DNA of 34,961 bases from Acetobacteraceae bacterium. Its GTDB lineage: Bacteria > Pseudomonadota > Alphaproteobacteria > Acetobacterales > Acetobacteraceae. Shown here in pieces: positions 1 to 10,896 of the stretch. The stretch lies in contig JASHVY010000433.1 in assembly GCA_030044345.1 (NCBI GenBank), positions 1 to 34,961 of the forward strand. The letters are read 5' to 3'. The position numbers and the translations under genes are program-made. The notes under the pieces were generated by a model, which saw only the letters and a list, made by a program, of their open reading frames with translations, ran no database searches and was not told the origin of the DNA. The stretch's first letter is position 1. Each line of letters opens with the position of its first letter.

Positions 1-1655
1 AAGCCCGCCTGCCAGAACCGGTCGAAATCCACGATCTCGATGCCCATGCGGCCGCAAATCATGCGCGTGTGCTCATACATCACACGCAGCCACGTCGCGG
101 CATCGCGCTGCTCGGTGAAGCGCGGACGCACGCCGAGCGCATCGGCAATATCGGAGAAGATGGCGAAATCGTCGCGTGCCTCGCCTTGCGGCGGAATCGC
201 CTGATGCATCGCCAGGATATAGCGGTCGTGCGTGCTCGCGCCGATATCGTCGCGCTCGAGCGAGGTGGTCGCCGGCAGCACGATGTCGGCGTGCCGCGCG
301 AGAGGAGTCCACCACGGCTCATGCACGATGATCGTCTCCGGCTTCGCCCAGGCGCGCAGAAGGCGGTTGAGATCCTGATGATGGTGGAACGGGTTGCCGC
401 CCGCCCAATAGATCAGCCTCGTGTCCGGATAGCGGAGCCGCCGCCCGTCATAGTCGTACTCGCCCCTCGGATGCTCGAGCATCTCGGTCAGCCGCGCGAC
501 AGGAATGAAGCTCTCCGCCGGATTGGTGAGCGCCGGCAGCCTGACCGCCGGCACCTCCGCGCGCGGCGCGCCCATGCCGCCGATGCTGCCATGGCCAAAG
601 GCAAAGCCTTGGCCCGGCCTGCCGATGCCGCCCAGCATGGCGGCCAGCGCCACCAGCATCCAGAAGGGCTGCTCGCCATATTCCGCGCGCTGCAACGCCC
701 AGGTCGCGGTGAGCATCGTCGGCACGCGCGCGCAATCGCGCGCGAGCGCCGCGATGACATCGGGAGCGATTCCGGTGATCGGCGCCGCCCAATCGGGAGT
801 CTTTGCGATGCCATCCGTCTCGCCACGGACATAGGCGGCGAGCCGGTCGAACCCCACGGTGCAGCGCGCCAGGAAATCCTGATCGGTCCGGTTCTCCACG
901 AGCAGCACATGCGCCATCGCGAGCATCAGCGCCGTATCAGTGCATGGACGGATGGGCAGCCATTCGCCAGGCGCATCGCCTCGCAGCGGCGAGACGCTGA
1001 CGAGCCGCACCCCGGCCGCCGCCGCGCGCTCGGCCGAGCGCCGCATCAGATGCTCGCCGCCGCCGCCCGAATGCGCCTGGCCGTTGCCGTAGCGCATGCC
1101 GCCAAAGCAGACCATCAGCCGGGCGTGGCGCGCAATGTCGCGCCATTCGGCCACCGGCCCCGTGATGCTCGTATTGTCGCCGAGGATATGCGGCATCAGC
1201 GTCATGCCGGCGGCGTAGGAATAATTGGTGAGCTGACCGGTATAGCCGCCTGCGGCCGAAAGCAGGCGGTGCAGCTGCTGGCGCGCATGATGGAAGCGGC
1301 CCGCGGAGGACCAGCCATAGCTGCCGCCGAAGATGCTTGCCGCGCCCCATATGTCCCGCACGCGGGCGATCTCTCCGGCAACGAGCGCGATCGCCCGATC
1401 CCAGGGCAAGGGAACGAACCGCTCTCCGCCGCGCAGCGTGCCGCCCGCCCGGTCGCCGGCGAGCCAGCCCTCCCGCGCATAGGGCCGGTCGATCCGCGAG
1501 GGCGCATGCACCGAAGAGGGAATGCTGCGCAGCAATCCGGGTGGCGCGGGGTCCCGGCCGAACGGACGCACCGAAGCGAGGCGGCCACCCTCCACCACGG
1601 ACGTGAACGCGCCCCAATGCGCGGCATGCGGTCTCAGTTCCGTCACGCGATGCAT
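1..1655 (-). CDS. Molybdopterin (bis-MGD) S-/N-oxide reductase, biotin sulfoxide/TMAO reductase (BisC/TorZ-like) family. The C-terminus runs off the window edge.
   Basis: Absent from the ORF track because there is no stop inside the window. Manual reverse-strand translation from the ATG (complement of 1653-1655) gives MHRVTELRPHAAHWGAFTSVVEGGRLASVRPF...SYGWSSAGRFHHARQQLHRLL...LIYWAGGNPFHHHQDLNRLLRAWAKPETIIVHEPWWTPLARHADIVLPATTSLERDD...FDRFWQAG, with family-typical blocks. There is no twin-arginine leader. The frame is open from 1655 to position 1. Confidence 0.8.
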   Translation of the reverse strand, partial: MHRVTELRPHAAHWGAFTSVVEGGRLASVRPFGRDPAPPGLLRSIPSSVHAPSRIDRPYAREGWLAGDRAGGTLRGGERFVPLPWDRAIALVAGEIARVRDIWGAASIFGGSYGWSSAGRFHHARQQLHRLLSAAGGYTGQLTNYSYAAGMTLMPHILGDNTSITGPVAEWRDIARHARLMVCFGGMRYGNGQAHSGGGGEHLMRRSAERAAAAGVRLVSVSPLRGDAPGEWLPIRPCTDTALMLAMAHVLLVENRTDQDFLARCTVGFDRLAAYVRGETDGIAKTPDWAAPITGIAPDVIAALARDCARVPTMLTATWALQRAEYGEQPFWMLVALAAMLGGIGRPGQGFAFGHGSIGGMGAPRAEVPAVRLPALTNPAESFIPVARLTEMLEHPRGEYDYDGRRLRYPDTRLIYWAGGNPFHHHQDLNRLLRAWAKPETIIVHEPWWTPLARHADIVLPATTSLERDDIGASTHDRYILAMHQAIPPQGEARDDFAIFSDIADALGVRPRFTEQRDAATWLRVMYEHTRMICGRMGIEIVDFDRFWQAG

Positions 1656-1762
1656 CTCCAATGCCGAAAGCTGCGCCGATCGCACCGGAGCGACAAGGAG
1701 CCCGGCGGGTCGGAACGGTGCGGGGTTCACCTCCGAAGGGCGGAGGAGTAGAGTATGACGAT

Positions 1763-1786
1763 ACGTGGAACGACACGTGGAACGAC
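1763..1786. repeat. Perfect tandem duplication of a 12-mer (ACGTGGAACGAC x2) in a divergent promoter region
   Basis: Read directly: acgtggaacgac at 1763-1774 and again at 1775-1786. The junction creates a CACGTG palindrome at 1774-1779. The repeat lies between the molybdoenzyme start (1655, minus) and the aminotransferase start (1832, plus). Confidence 0.9.
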
Positions 1787-1831
1787 TGGCGCGACCATCC
1801 GTCCGCCTGGACGCCCCGATGGAGAGATCGA

Positions 1832-3232
1832 ATGACCCCGCCTCGCGCGAATTCGGCCGCTGCCCGAGATATCGCCAACGCAATCCACCCCTATACCGAT
1901 CTGAAGGCGCATCTCGAAACCGGCCCACTCGTCATCACCCGCGGCAAGGGCGTGCGGGTATGGGATGAGACCGGCAAGGAATATATCGAAAGCGTGGCCG
2001 GGCTCTGGTGCGCCTCGCTCGGCTTCGACAATGAGCGGCTGGTCGAGGCGGCGGCGCGGCAGATGCGCAAGCTGCCCTTCTATCACGGATTCACCGCCAA
2101 ATCGCATGAGCCGCTGATCGATCTCTCGGAGATGCTGATCGAGCGTGCTCCGGTGCCGATGAGCAAGGTGTTCTTCGCGAACTCCGGCTCGGAAGCGAAC
2201 GATTCGGCAATCAAAATGATTTGGTATTTCAACAATTCACTGAACCGGCCCAAGAAGAAAAAGCTCATCGGCCGGCTCAAGGGCTATCACGGCATCACGC
2301 TCGCGGCCGCCTCGCTCACCGGCCTGCCGGCCAACCATCGCTCGTTCGATGTGCCTTTGCCCGGTTTCGTGCACACGATGACGCCCCACTTCTATCATGG
2401 CGCCGAACCGGGCGAGTCCGAGGATGAGTTCGCCACGCGCTGCGCCGAGGAGCTGGAGAAGCTGATCCTCACCGAAGGGCCAGACACGGTCGCGGCGATG
2501 TTCGCCGAACCGGTGATGGGTGCGGGCGGCGTGATCGTGCCGCCGCGCGGATATTTCCCGAAGATCCAGGCGGTTCTTTCCAAATACGATGTCCTGCTGG
2601 TCGCCGATGAGGTGATCTGCGGGTTCGGCCGGACCGGCAATTACTGGGGCAGCCAGACTCTCGATATCCGGCCCGACATCCTCACCTGCGCGAAAGCCCT
2701 TTCTTCATCCTTCCTGCCGATCAGCGCGGTGATGGTGAATGAGCGGGTGTTCCAGGCGCTCGCCGAGGAATCGCACAGGATCGGCACCTTCGGCCATGGC
2801 TTCACCTATTCGGGCCATCCGGTCTCGGCGGCGGTCGCGATCGAGACGCTGAAGATCTACGACGAGACGGATATCATCAGCCATGTGCGTCGGGTCGGGC
2901 CGCATCTGCAGCAGGAGCTGCGGCGCCGCTTCGCCGGGCATGAGCTGGTGGGCGAAGTGCGCGGGGTGGGGCTGATCGCCGCCCTGGAGCTCGTCGAAGA
3001 CAAGGAAACCCGCAAGAATTTCGAGCCGTCGCGGAAGATCGGGCCGCGCTGCACGAAGCTCCTCGAAAAGCACGGGGTGATCGGCCGCCTGATGGCGGGG
3101 GACGTGATGGGGCTGAGCCCGCCGCTCATCATCACCGAAGCGGAGGTGGATGAAATGCTGACCCGCATCGGCCATGCCCTCGACGAGCTTGCCGTCGAGG
3201 TCCGCCGTGAGAAGCTCGCCCTGGTCAAGTAA
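1832..3232 (+). CDS. Class-III (omega) PLP-dependent aminotransferase, SpuC/beta-alanine-pyruvate transaminase-like
   Basis: In-frame ATG at 1832 preceded by GGAGAG (1821-1826). MTPPRANSAAARDIANAIHPYTDLKAH...GLWCASLGF...FANSGSEANDSAIKM...GYHGIT...ADEVICGFGRTG...TCAKALSS (PLP-lysine context)...GHGFTYSGHP. The upstream 57 codons of track ORF 1661..3232 are Arg/Trp-rich and non-homologous. Confidence 0.9.
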   Translation: MTPPRANSAAARDIANAIHPYTDLKAHLETGPLVITRGKGVRVWDETGKEYIESVAGLWCASLGFDNERLVEAAARQMRKLPFYHGFTAKSHEPLIDLSEMLIERAPVPMSKVFFANSGSEANDSAIKMIWYFNNSLNRPKKKKLIGRLKGYHGITLAAASLTGLPANHRSFDVPLPGFVHTMTPHFYHGAEPGESEDEFATRCAEELEKLILTEGPDTVAAMFAEPVMGAGGVIVPPRGYFPKIQAVLSKYDVLLVADEVICGFGRTGNYWGSQTLDIRPDILTCAKALSSSFLPISAVMVNERVFQALAEESHRIGTFGHGFTYSGHPVSAAVAIETLKIYDETDIISHVRRVGPHLQQELRRRFAGHELVGEVRGVGLIAALELVEDKETRKNFEPSRKIGPRCTKLLEKHGVIGRLMAGDVMGLSPPLIITEAEVDEMLTRIGHALDELAVEVRREKLALVK

Positions 3233-3250
3233 GATAAGACCGGCTTCACC

Positions 3251-3272
3251 CTGCCGGAGAAGGCTCCGGCAG
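3251..3272 (+). terminator. Perfect 9-bp GC-rich hairpin (CTGCCGGAG-aagg-CTCCGGCAG) 18 nt after the aminotransferase stop
   Basis: Inverted repeat read directly. There is no clear U-tract, so intrinsic-terminator function is uncertain. It sits between convergent genes. Confidence 0.4.
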
Positions 3273-3376
3273 GCTCACGGCTTTGGCGGGTCGCTCCCTT
3301 CCCGCCGCAAGCCATCGCGATCTCTCATATTCTTTCCACCGGCTGCCGCAAAGCGGTCCGGTGGCGGGGATTGAGG

Positions 3377-3580
3377 TCAGAAACCCTCGCGCTCAAGCCG
3401 CTTGCGCTCGAGCTTGCGGGCCCGGCGCACGGCCTCGGCGGCCTCGCGGGCCCGCCGTTCGGACGGCTTCTCATAGTGCCGCCGGAGCTTCATCTCGCGG
3501 AATATCCCCTCCCGCTGCATCTTCTTCTTGAGCGCCTTCAGCGCCTGGTCGACATTGTTGTCACGCACCAATACTTGCAC
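3377..3580 (-). CDS. rpsU: 30S ribosomal protein S21
   Basis: GTG start (complement of 3578-3580) preceded by AAGGAG. Translation (M)[66 protein letters not shown] is canonical S21. The rest of track ORF 3377..4306 is the antisense shadow of def. Confidence 0.95.
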   Translation of the reverse strand: MQVLVRDNNVDQALKALKKKMQREGIFREMKLRRHYEKPSERRAREAAEAVRRARKLERKRLEREGF

Positions 3581-3721
3581 TTGGCCGCCTTCTCCTTTCC
3601 GCCGCCGCGCCCCGGCCGATCCGGAGCGCCCCGCTTCCGGCGCGAGCACCGGAAAGGCGCGCCCTATAACACCCCGCCCGGTCTCGCAAAACCCCTGCCA
3701 CCGAACAATCTTGGTTCCGTC

Positions 3722-4264
3722 ATGGCCATCCTCAAGATTGCCCGCATGGGCCACCCGATCCTCACCCGCCGCGCCGAGCCGGTCGCCGACCCCCGATCCG
3801 GCGAGACGCGGCGGCTGATCGCCGACATGATCGAGACCATGCTGGATGCAGGCGGGGCCGGGCTCGCAGCCCCCCAGGTCCATGTGCCGCTCCGTCTCTT
3901 CGTCTTCCGCGTCTCGCCGGAACGGGCGAGCGGCGGGCCGGAGGACAGCCCCATGCCGGTCACGGTCGTGATCAACCCGGAGCTTGAGCTCTTGAGCGAG
4001 GAGCGGGAGCTTCGCTGGGAAGGATGTCTCTCGATCCCCGGTCTCCGCGGGGCGGTTCCGCGCGCCCCACGCATCCGCTATGCCGGTCTCGATGGCGAGG
4101 GAGAGAAGATGGAGGCATTCGCGAGCGGCTTTCACGCCAATGTCGTGCAGCACGAGTACGATCATCTGGACGGGATCCTCTACCCGATGCGGATGAAGGA
4201 TTTTTCGCTCTTCGGCTTTGCCGAGGAGCTGGCACGGGCGGAGCCACAGGAGACTGGACAATAA
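3722..4264 (+). CDS. def: Peptide deformylase
   Basis: [21 protein letters not shown]..., with the three deformylase motifs [17 protein letters not shown] and QHEYDHLDG. Confidence 0.93.
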   Translation: MAILKIARMGHPILTRRAEPVADPRSGETRRLIADMIETMLDAGGAGLAAPQVHVPLRLFVFRVSPERASGGPEDSPMPVTVVINPELELLSEERELRWEGCLSIPGLRGAVPRAPRIRYAGLDGEGEKMEAFASGFHANVVQHEYDHLDGILYPMRMKDFSLFGFAEELARAEPQETGQ

Positions 4265-4902
4265 TGCTGGAGCGCAGCGCCGAGCGGGATGCGGCGATCC
4301 GGGCAACGCTGCCCCATGTGCCGCTGGATGGCTGGACCATGCGGGCGCTTCGCGCCGGCCTCGCCGCGCTCGGCGAGCCCCCGGAAACCGCGCGCAACCT
4401 CTTCCCGGGCGGACCCGTCGACCTGTTCGAGGCCTGGTGCGATCTCGCCGACCGCGAGATGGAGCAAGCCGCCTCAGGTCCTGAGGGTCTTAGAGCGGGT
4501 CTGGGGGAGGGCCTTGGCCTCACCGCCCGCGTGCGCGCCCTGGTGGCGCTCAGGCTTCGCCTTCTTCGCCCCCATCGCGAGGCGCTGAGACGGGGGTTGG
4601 CGCTCCTCGCGGCGGGCGGCCAGCCCGGAGCGGCAGCGCGCATCACGGCCCGCACGGTGGACAGCATCTGGCATGCGGCGGGTGAGCGCGCGACCGATTT
4701 CAGTTGGTACACCAAGCGCGCGAGCCTTGCCGCGATCTATGCCGCCACGCTCCTCTATTGGCTCACCGACCAGAGCGAGGGGGACGAGGCGACGCTCGCC
4801 TTTCTCGACCGAAGACTGGCTGGGCTTGCCGCGTTCGGCCGGCTCCGCCGCAATGTCTCCTCCGCCTGCGGGCGCGTTTTCCGGCTCCGGCGCGCCGCCT
4901 GA
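4264..4902 (+). CDS. COQ9-family protein ('rpsU-divergently transcribed protein' type)
   Basis: ATG overlaps the def stop (TAATG). [37 protein letters not shown]...[15 protein letters not shown]...[36 protein letters not shown] resembles the alphaproteobacterial COQ9-like family usually found divergent from rpsU. Confidence 0.75.
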   Translation: MLERSAERDAAIRATLPHVPLDGWTMRALRAGLAALGEPPETARNLFPGGPVDLFEAWCDLADREMEQAASGPEGLRAGLGEGLGLTARVRALVALRLRLLRPHREALRRGLALLAAGGQPGAAARITARTVDSIWHAAGERATDFSWYTKRASLAAIYAATLLYWLTDQSEGDEATLAFLDRRLAGLAAFGRLRRNVSSACGRVFRLRRAA

Positions 4903-5116
4903 CGAGAGGCGGAACCCGATCTCCGGATCGCTTCGTCCTTGAAGACTTGCTCCTAAGATCCTGAAGATTTTGCCGCTTCGGTCCGTCGTGCCGTCGTGCG
5001 GTAACCTGTTGTCAACTCATTTCGCAATTCTCTGTCACCTTCACGAAGCGGGCCGCATCGGCCCCCTTGTGGCGGGCCGGCGCTGCCGCTAATCCGCACC
5101 ACCATTTCTGACATAA

Positions 5117-6169
<1,053 letters not shown>

Positions 6170-6320
6170 GTGGCGCTATTCTTAGCCGGGGATCATGGGC
6201 CGGAGAGCGCGCCGGCCAGTGGGTTGCCGATCTCCGGTTCTGGTTCACGGTTCGCTGGCCGGTCTCCGGGTGAGATCGTCCACGGCCGATCGGGGGTTCT
6301 AGTGGAGGAGAGAACGGGAC

Positions 6321-7184
6321 GTGATCCGGCTTTCCATCCCAATGCGAGAGGCGCTCGAGAAGCTCAGCCTGCCATTCCTTATGGCAGCGGCGATCGGATT
6401 GATGCTGGCCGGGCGGATCGACAGCGGGCTTGCGGATCGCGCACGCATGGCGCTCGCCGACGCGCTGACGCCGATCTATTCCGGACTCTCGCGTCCCTAC
6501 GCGCGGATGACGGAGGCCTTCGGCAGGCTGCAATATCTTTGGGATCTCGCTTCCGAGAACGCAGAGCTTCGGGCGGAGAATGCCGAGCTTCGACGCTGGC
6601 AGAGCGTGGCTCTGGCGCTGGAGGCCGAGAATGCGCGACTCAAGTCTGAGCTGCATTGGGTCCCGGACCCGGCCGTACCTTTCGTGACCGCGCGCGCGGT
6701 CGCCGATGCCGGCGGCCTCTATGACCGCGCGGTGCTCGTCGCACTCGCTCCCGGCATCGCCATGCACGTGGGCGAGATTGCGCTCGACGCGCATGGGCTG
6801 GTCGGACGGGTGACCGAGGTCGGCGCAGAGAGCGCGCGCGTGCTGCTCATCACCGATCTCAACAGCCGCATTCCGGTCAGGCTCGTGGCCAGCGACGCGC
6901 GCGCCATCGTCGCCGGCACCAATGGTCCGGACCCCGAGCTGCTCTATTGGCCGCCGGGCACGACGCCCGCCGAGGGCGAACAGGTGGTGACGAGCGGCAT
7001 CGCCGGCGCCTTTCCGCCCGGCCTGCCGGTCGGCGCCGTCCACTATGTTCGGGGCGGCGTGCCCGAGGTGGTGCCTGCCGCCGAACTCGGCCAGTTCGGC
7101 GTGCTGCGCCTCTTCGATTACGGGCTGCACGGCATCATCTCGCCGGAAAGCACAGAGGCGGAGGGGCGCGGCCATGGAAGTTGA
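6321..7184 (+). CDS. mreC: Rod shape-determining protein MreC
   Basis: GTG start with GGAGGAGAG 8 nt upstream. N-terminal TM segment, then a coiled coil (ENAELRAENAELRRWQSVALALEAENARLKSEL). Position is between mreB and mreD. Confidence 0.88.
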   Translation: MIRLSIPMREALEKLSLPFLMAAAIGLMLAGRIDSGLADRARMALADALTPIYSGLSRPYARMTEAFGRLQYLWDLASENAELRAENAELRRWQSVALALEAENARLKSELHWVPDPAVPFVTARAVADAGGLYDRAVLVALAPGIAMHVGEIALDAHGLVGRVTEVGAESARVLLITDLNSRIPVRLVASDARAIVAGTNGPDPELLYWPPGTTPAEGEQVVTSGIAGAFPPGLPVGAVHYVRGGVPEVVPAAELGQFGVLRLFDYGLHGIISPESTEAEGRGHGS

Positions 7185-7725
7185 CCGCACGCCCGGCATC
7201 CGACCTCGGCCGAGCCTCTGGCGCCAGATGGATGCGCTCGGCCGACAGAGCTTCCCTACGCTCGGCACGGCGGCAGGCATGCTGCTCGCTGCCGCTCCCC
7301 TCGGCCTGCCGGGCCAGGCCGAGCTGCTGCCCGGCTTCGCGCTTGCCTCGGTCTTCTTCTGGTCCTTGTTCCGCCCGGCCGCGATGCCGCCGGCTGTGGT
7401 CTTCGCGCTCGGGGTGCTTGCGGACCTGCTCGGCTTCGCCCCTCTCGGCGTGCGGGTGCTGATCCTGCTGCTCACGTACGGGATCGCGGTCGGCTGGCGA
7501 CGCCGGCTCGCGAGTCAACCCTTCCTGCTCGTCTGGCTGCTGTTCATGGCCGTGGCCGCCGGCGCCGCTTTCCTCGAATGGGCCTGTGACTCGCTGCTGC
7601 TGCTGCAGCCTTTGCCGCTCGCGCCGGCGATCTTCGAGTTCGTGCTGACCGCCGGGCTCTATCCGCCGCTCGCCGCGCTGCTCACCCGGGCGCATCGCGG
7701 CATCGCCGCCTGGGAGCGCGCCTGA
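7174..7725 (+). CDS. mreD: Rod shape-determining protein MreD
   Basis: The internal ATG at 7174 overlaps the mreC end by 11 nt. Polytopic hydrophobic protein (…LPGFALASVFFWSLFRP…LGVLADLLGFAPLGV…) in the canonical mreBCD position. Confidence 0.8.
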   Translation: MEVDRTPGIRPRPSLWRQMDALGRQSFPTLGTAAGMLLAAAPLGLPGQAELLPGFALASVFFWSLFRPAAMPPAVVFALGVLADLLGFAPLGVRVLILLLTYGIAVGWRRRLASQPFLLVWLLFMAVAAGAAFLEWACDSLLLLQPLPLAPAIFEFVLTAGLYPPLAALLTRAHRGIAAWERA

Positions 7726-7727
7726 GC

Positions 7728-9584
7728 ATGCGGCGGGAGAAGAAGCGGCTCAGCGTCTTTACCCGCCGGGCGCTTGTCGCTGCGCTCGGAGAGGCCGGCC
7801 TGTTCGGTCTGCTCGGCCTTCGCCTCTACCGGATGCAGGTGATCGACGGCGCGCGCTATGCGACGCTCGCCGCAGACAACCGGGTGAGCGCCCGGCTGGT
7901 GGCACCCCCACGCGGTGAGATCCATGACCGCAACGGAACGCTGCTCGCCGGCAACAAGCCGCATTGGCGGGCGCTCCTGATGGTCGAGGAAACGGCGGAC
8001 GCGAAGGCCAGCCTTGCCGCCTTCACCCGGCTGATCCCGCTCGATCCGGCCGAGCAGGAGCGCATCGCGCATGCGATCCAGCTCCATCAACCCTTCATTC
8101 CGGTTCTGCTGCGCGATTATCTGAGCTGGGACGAGATGGCCCAGCTTGCCGTGAACGCGCCGGAGCTGCCCGGCATCGTCGTCGATGTCGGGACCACCCG
8201 CTTCTATCCTTTCGGGCCGGACTTCGCTCATCTCGTCGGTTATGTCGGGCCGCCGGCGCGCAGCCAGCTCGCCGACGCGCCGGTGCTGAGCCTCCCCGGC
8301 ATGCGGGTCGGCAAGAGCGGGGTGGAACTGGAACGCAACCAGCCGCTCACCGGCCAGCCGGGCGTGATGCGGCTCGAGGTGAACGCGCTCGGGCGGGTGA
8401 TCCGCGATTTGTCCCGCGATCCCGGCATGCCGGGGGAGACCGTGCGCCTGAATGTCGATGCGAAGCTGCAGCGGCTGATGGCTTCGCGGCTCGAGAAAGA
8501 GCAAAGCGCCGCGGCCGTGGTGCTCGATCTCCATAACGGCGCGGTGATGGCGATGGGGAGCACGCCCTCCTTCGACCCCACCCTCTTCGACACCGGTGTA
8601 CCGGCGCGTCAGTGGAAGGCGTGGATTACGAACCAGCGGGCGCCTCTGCTCGACAAGGCGGGCACCGGGCTTTACGCGCCCGGCTCGACCTTCAAGCCGG
8701 TGGTGGCGCTGGCCGCCCTTTCCTCAGGTGCGATCACCCCCGGCACGCGCTTCTTCTGCCCCGGCTATTTCAAGCTCGGCCAGCATCGGTTCTGGTGCTG
8801 GAATCATGGCGGCCACGGTTTTCTCGATGTCACCAGCGCCATTTGCCAGAGCTGCGACGTCTTTTTCTATAATACCGCCCTTGCCACCGGGATCGACCAG
8901 ATCGCCGCGATGGCTCGCCGCCTCGGCATCGGTGCTCCGCCGCCGGTCGATCTGCCGGGCTTCCGCGCCGGGTTCGTGCCGACACGGGAATGGCGGGAAG
9001 CAAGAGGCAAGCCATGGACACTCGGCGAGACCGTGATCCAGGGCATCGGCCAGGGCTTTGTTCAGGCGACGCCTTTCACGCTCGCGCTGATGGCCGCACG
9101 GGTGGCGACCGGCCGGGCGATCGCGCCGCGTGTCACCGCCGCCGTCGGAGCCGAGACAGTGCCGCCCGAACCCACGCCCGATCTCGGGATCCCCGAACCC
9201 TTTCTCGCCCTGGTGCGCCAGGGCATGCGGGAGGTAGTGAACAATCCCCTCGGCACCGCCTATGCCTCCCGCCTCTCCGATCCGAACGTACAGATGGCCG
9301 GCAAGACCGGCACCGCCCAGGTGTTCGACGGTCCGCAGGGGGTGGACACGGCGTCGCTGCCCTGGAGATTTCGCCCGAATGCGCTTTTCATCGCCTTCGC
9401 CCCCGCGGCCGCGCCGCGTTATGCGCTTTCGGTGGTGGTCGAGCACGGCAATGAAGGCGCGGATGCCGCGGCGCCGATCGCGCGTGATTTGATGGGGGCC
9501 GTGCTCGCCCGGGACCCGGCGAACCGGCAGATCGCCACCGGAAGTGTTCCGGGAACCATTCTTCCCGGCGAACCTCCCACATGA
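7728..9584 (+). CDS. mrdA: Penicillin-binding protein 2 (elongasome transpeptidase)
   Basis: 618 aa with an N-terminal TM segment. Motifs PGSTFKP (SxxK), SCDVFF and GKTGTAQ (KTG). Synteny mreD-mrdA-rodA. Confidence 0.93.
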   Translation: MRREKKRLSVFTRRALVAALGEAGLFGLLGLRLYRMQVIDGARYATLAADNRVSARLVAPPRGEIHDRNGTLLAGNKPHWRALLMVEETADAKASLAAFTRLIPLDPAEQERIAHAIQLHQPFIPVLLRDYLSWDEMAQLAVNAPELPGIVVDVGTTRFYPFGPDFAHLVGYVGPPARSQLADAPVLSLPGMRVGKSGVELERNQPLTGQPGVMRLEVNALGRVIRDLSRDPGMPGETVRLNVDAKLQRLMASRLEKEQSAAAVVLDLHNGAVMAMGSTPSFDPTLFDTGVPARQWKAWITNQRAPLLDKAGTGLYAPGSTFKPVVALAALSSGAITPGTRFFCPGYFKLGQHRFWCWNHGGHGFLDVTSAICQSCDVFFYNTALATGIDQIAAMARRLGIGAPPPVDLPGFRAGFVPTREWREARGKPWTLGETVIQGIGQGFVQATPFTLALMAARVATGRAIAPRVTAAVGAETVPPEPTPDLGIPEPFLALVRQGMREVVNNPLGTAYASRLSDPNVQMAGKTGTAQVFDGPQGVDTASLPWRFRPNALFIAFAPAAAPRYALSVVVEHGNEGADAAAPIARDLMGAVLARDPANRQIATGSVPGTILPGEPPT

Positions 9585-10732
9585 TCACCGCCGAAGGAAG
9601 GCTGCTGCGCACCGCGGCCTTCGATCTCACGCGCAAGCTCACCGGCATCAACTGGTTCCTGGTGCTGCTGATCTCCCTTCTCGCCGCCGTCGGCGCTCTT
9701 TCACTTTATGCTGCGGCCGGTTCGTTCGCGCCCTATGCGAAGCCCCAGCTCATCCGCTTCGTCGCCGGCTTCGCCATCATGCTGGCGATCGCGCTCGTCG
9801 ATATCCGCCTGATCGCGCGCGTCGCCTGGCCGCTCTATTTCGCAGCCTTGGCGATGCTGGCTCTCGTCCTGCGCTTCGGCTCGGTTGGGCTCGGCGCCGA
9901 GCGCTGGCTCTCGGTCGGAGGCATCGCGCTGCAACCGAGCGAGCTGATGAAGCTCGCCCTCGTGCTGGCGCTGGCGCATTGGTTCCATCGCGCTTCCTGG
10001 GAACGGATAGGAAATCCGGCCTTCCTTGTCCCGCCGCTGCTCACCATCCTGGCGCCGGTCGCGCTGATCCTCAAGGAACCCAATCTCGGCACCGCCGTGA
10101 TCGTGCTCGCGATCGGGGCTGCGATCCTCTTTGCCGCGGGCGTCCGGCTATGGAATTTCGGCCTCGCCGCGGCGCTCCTCGGGGTCGCGGCGCCGATCGC
10201 CTATGCGCACCTGCATGCCTATCAGAAGGCCCGCATCCTTACCTTTCTTGACCCTGCGCGCGATCCGCTCGGCGCCGGCTACAACATCCTCCAGTCGAAG
10301 ATCGCGCTCGGCTCGGGCGGACTCTGGGGCCAGGGGTTCATGCACGCTTCGCAAGGCAGCCTCGACTTCCTGCCGGAGAAGCAGACCGATTTCATCTTCA
10401 CACTTTTCGCCGAGCAGTTCGGCTTCATCGGCAGCCTCGCCCTGCTTTCGCTGATCGCCCTGATCGTTTTCACCGCCATCGCGATCGGCCTCGGCTCGCG
10501 GCACCAATTCGGCCGCCTGGTGGCTTTCGGGATCGGCGTGAATTTTTTTCTTTATGCTTTCGTCAACGTCGCGATGGTAATGGGTGTCATTCCTGTCGGC
10601 GGCGTGCCGCTGCCGTTGGTCTCCTATGGCGGCTCCGCACTTTTGACGACGATGGCCGCTTTCGGCGTGCTGCTCTCGGTCCAGGTCCACCGCAATGTCG
10701 AGTTCGCGTCGCAGCAGCAAGAGAGTCTGTAG
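9581..10732 (+). CDS. rodA: SEDS-family peptidoglycan glycosyltransferase RodA
   Basis: ATGA overlap with the mrdA stop. Multi-TM protein with …QPSELMKLALVLALA…, …DPLGAGYNILQSKIALGSGGLWGQGF… and …LPEKQTDFIF…. Confidence 0.93.
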   Translation: MITAEGRLLRTAAFDLTRKLTGINWFLVLLISLLAAVGALSLYAAAGSFAPYAKPQLIRFVAGFAIMLAIALVDIRLIARVAWPLYFAALAMLALVLRFGSVGLGAERWLSVGGIALQPSELMKLALVLALAHWFHRASWERIGNPAFLVPPLLTILAPVALILKEPNLGTAVIVLAIGAAILFAAGVRLWNFGLAAALLGVAAPIAYAHLHAYQKARILTFLDPARDPLGAGYNILQSKIALGSGGLWGQGFMHASQGSLDFLPEKQTDFIFTLFAEQFGFIGSLALLSLIALIVFTAIAIGLGSRHQFGRLVAFGIGVNFFLYAFVNVAMVMGVIPVGGVPLPLVSYGGSALLTTMAAFGVLLSVQVHRNVEFASQQQESL

Positions 10733-10896
10733 TCGGACCTCTCGTAAATTGTCGATGTTTCAAGCGGAAATGAATTTCGTTAAAGGCCAGGCCCAGGGCT
10801 TCAGCCTTGGCCCAGTCTTCTCCCAGGATCCGAAAAATCTGCCCGAGGCAAATCCCCCTTGGTGCCTTCCTCGTTGAAACCGCTCCCCATGATTGT

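Noticed and set aside
69-1751. 560-aa plus-strand ORF, the longest in the first 2 kb
   Set aside because: Its translation is Arg/Ala/Pro/His-rich with no motif. The opposite strand in the frame left open to the window edge encodes a clean BisC-family molybdoenzyme. This is the antisense shadow ORF typical of high-GC DNA.
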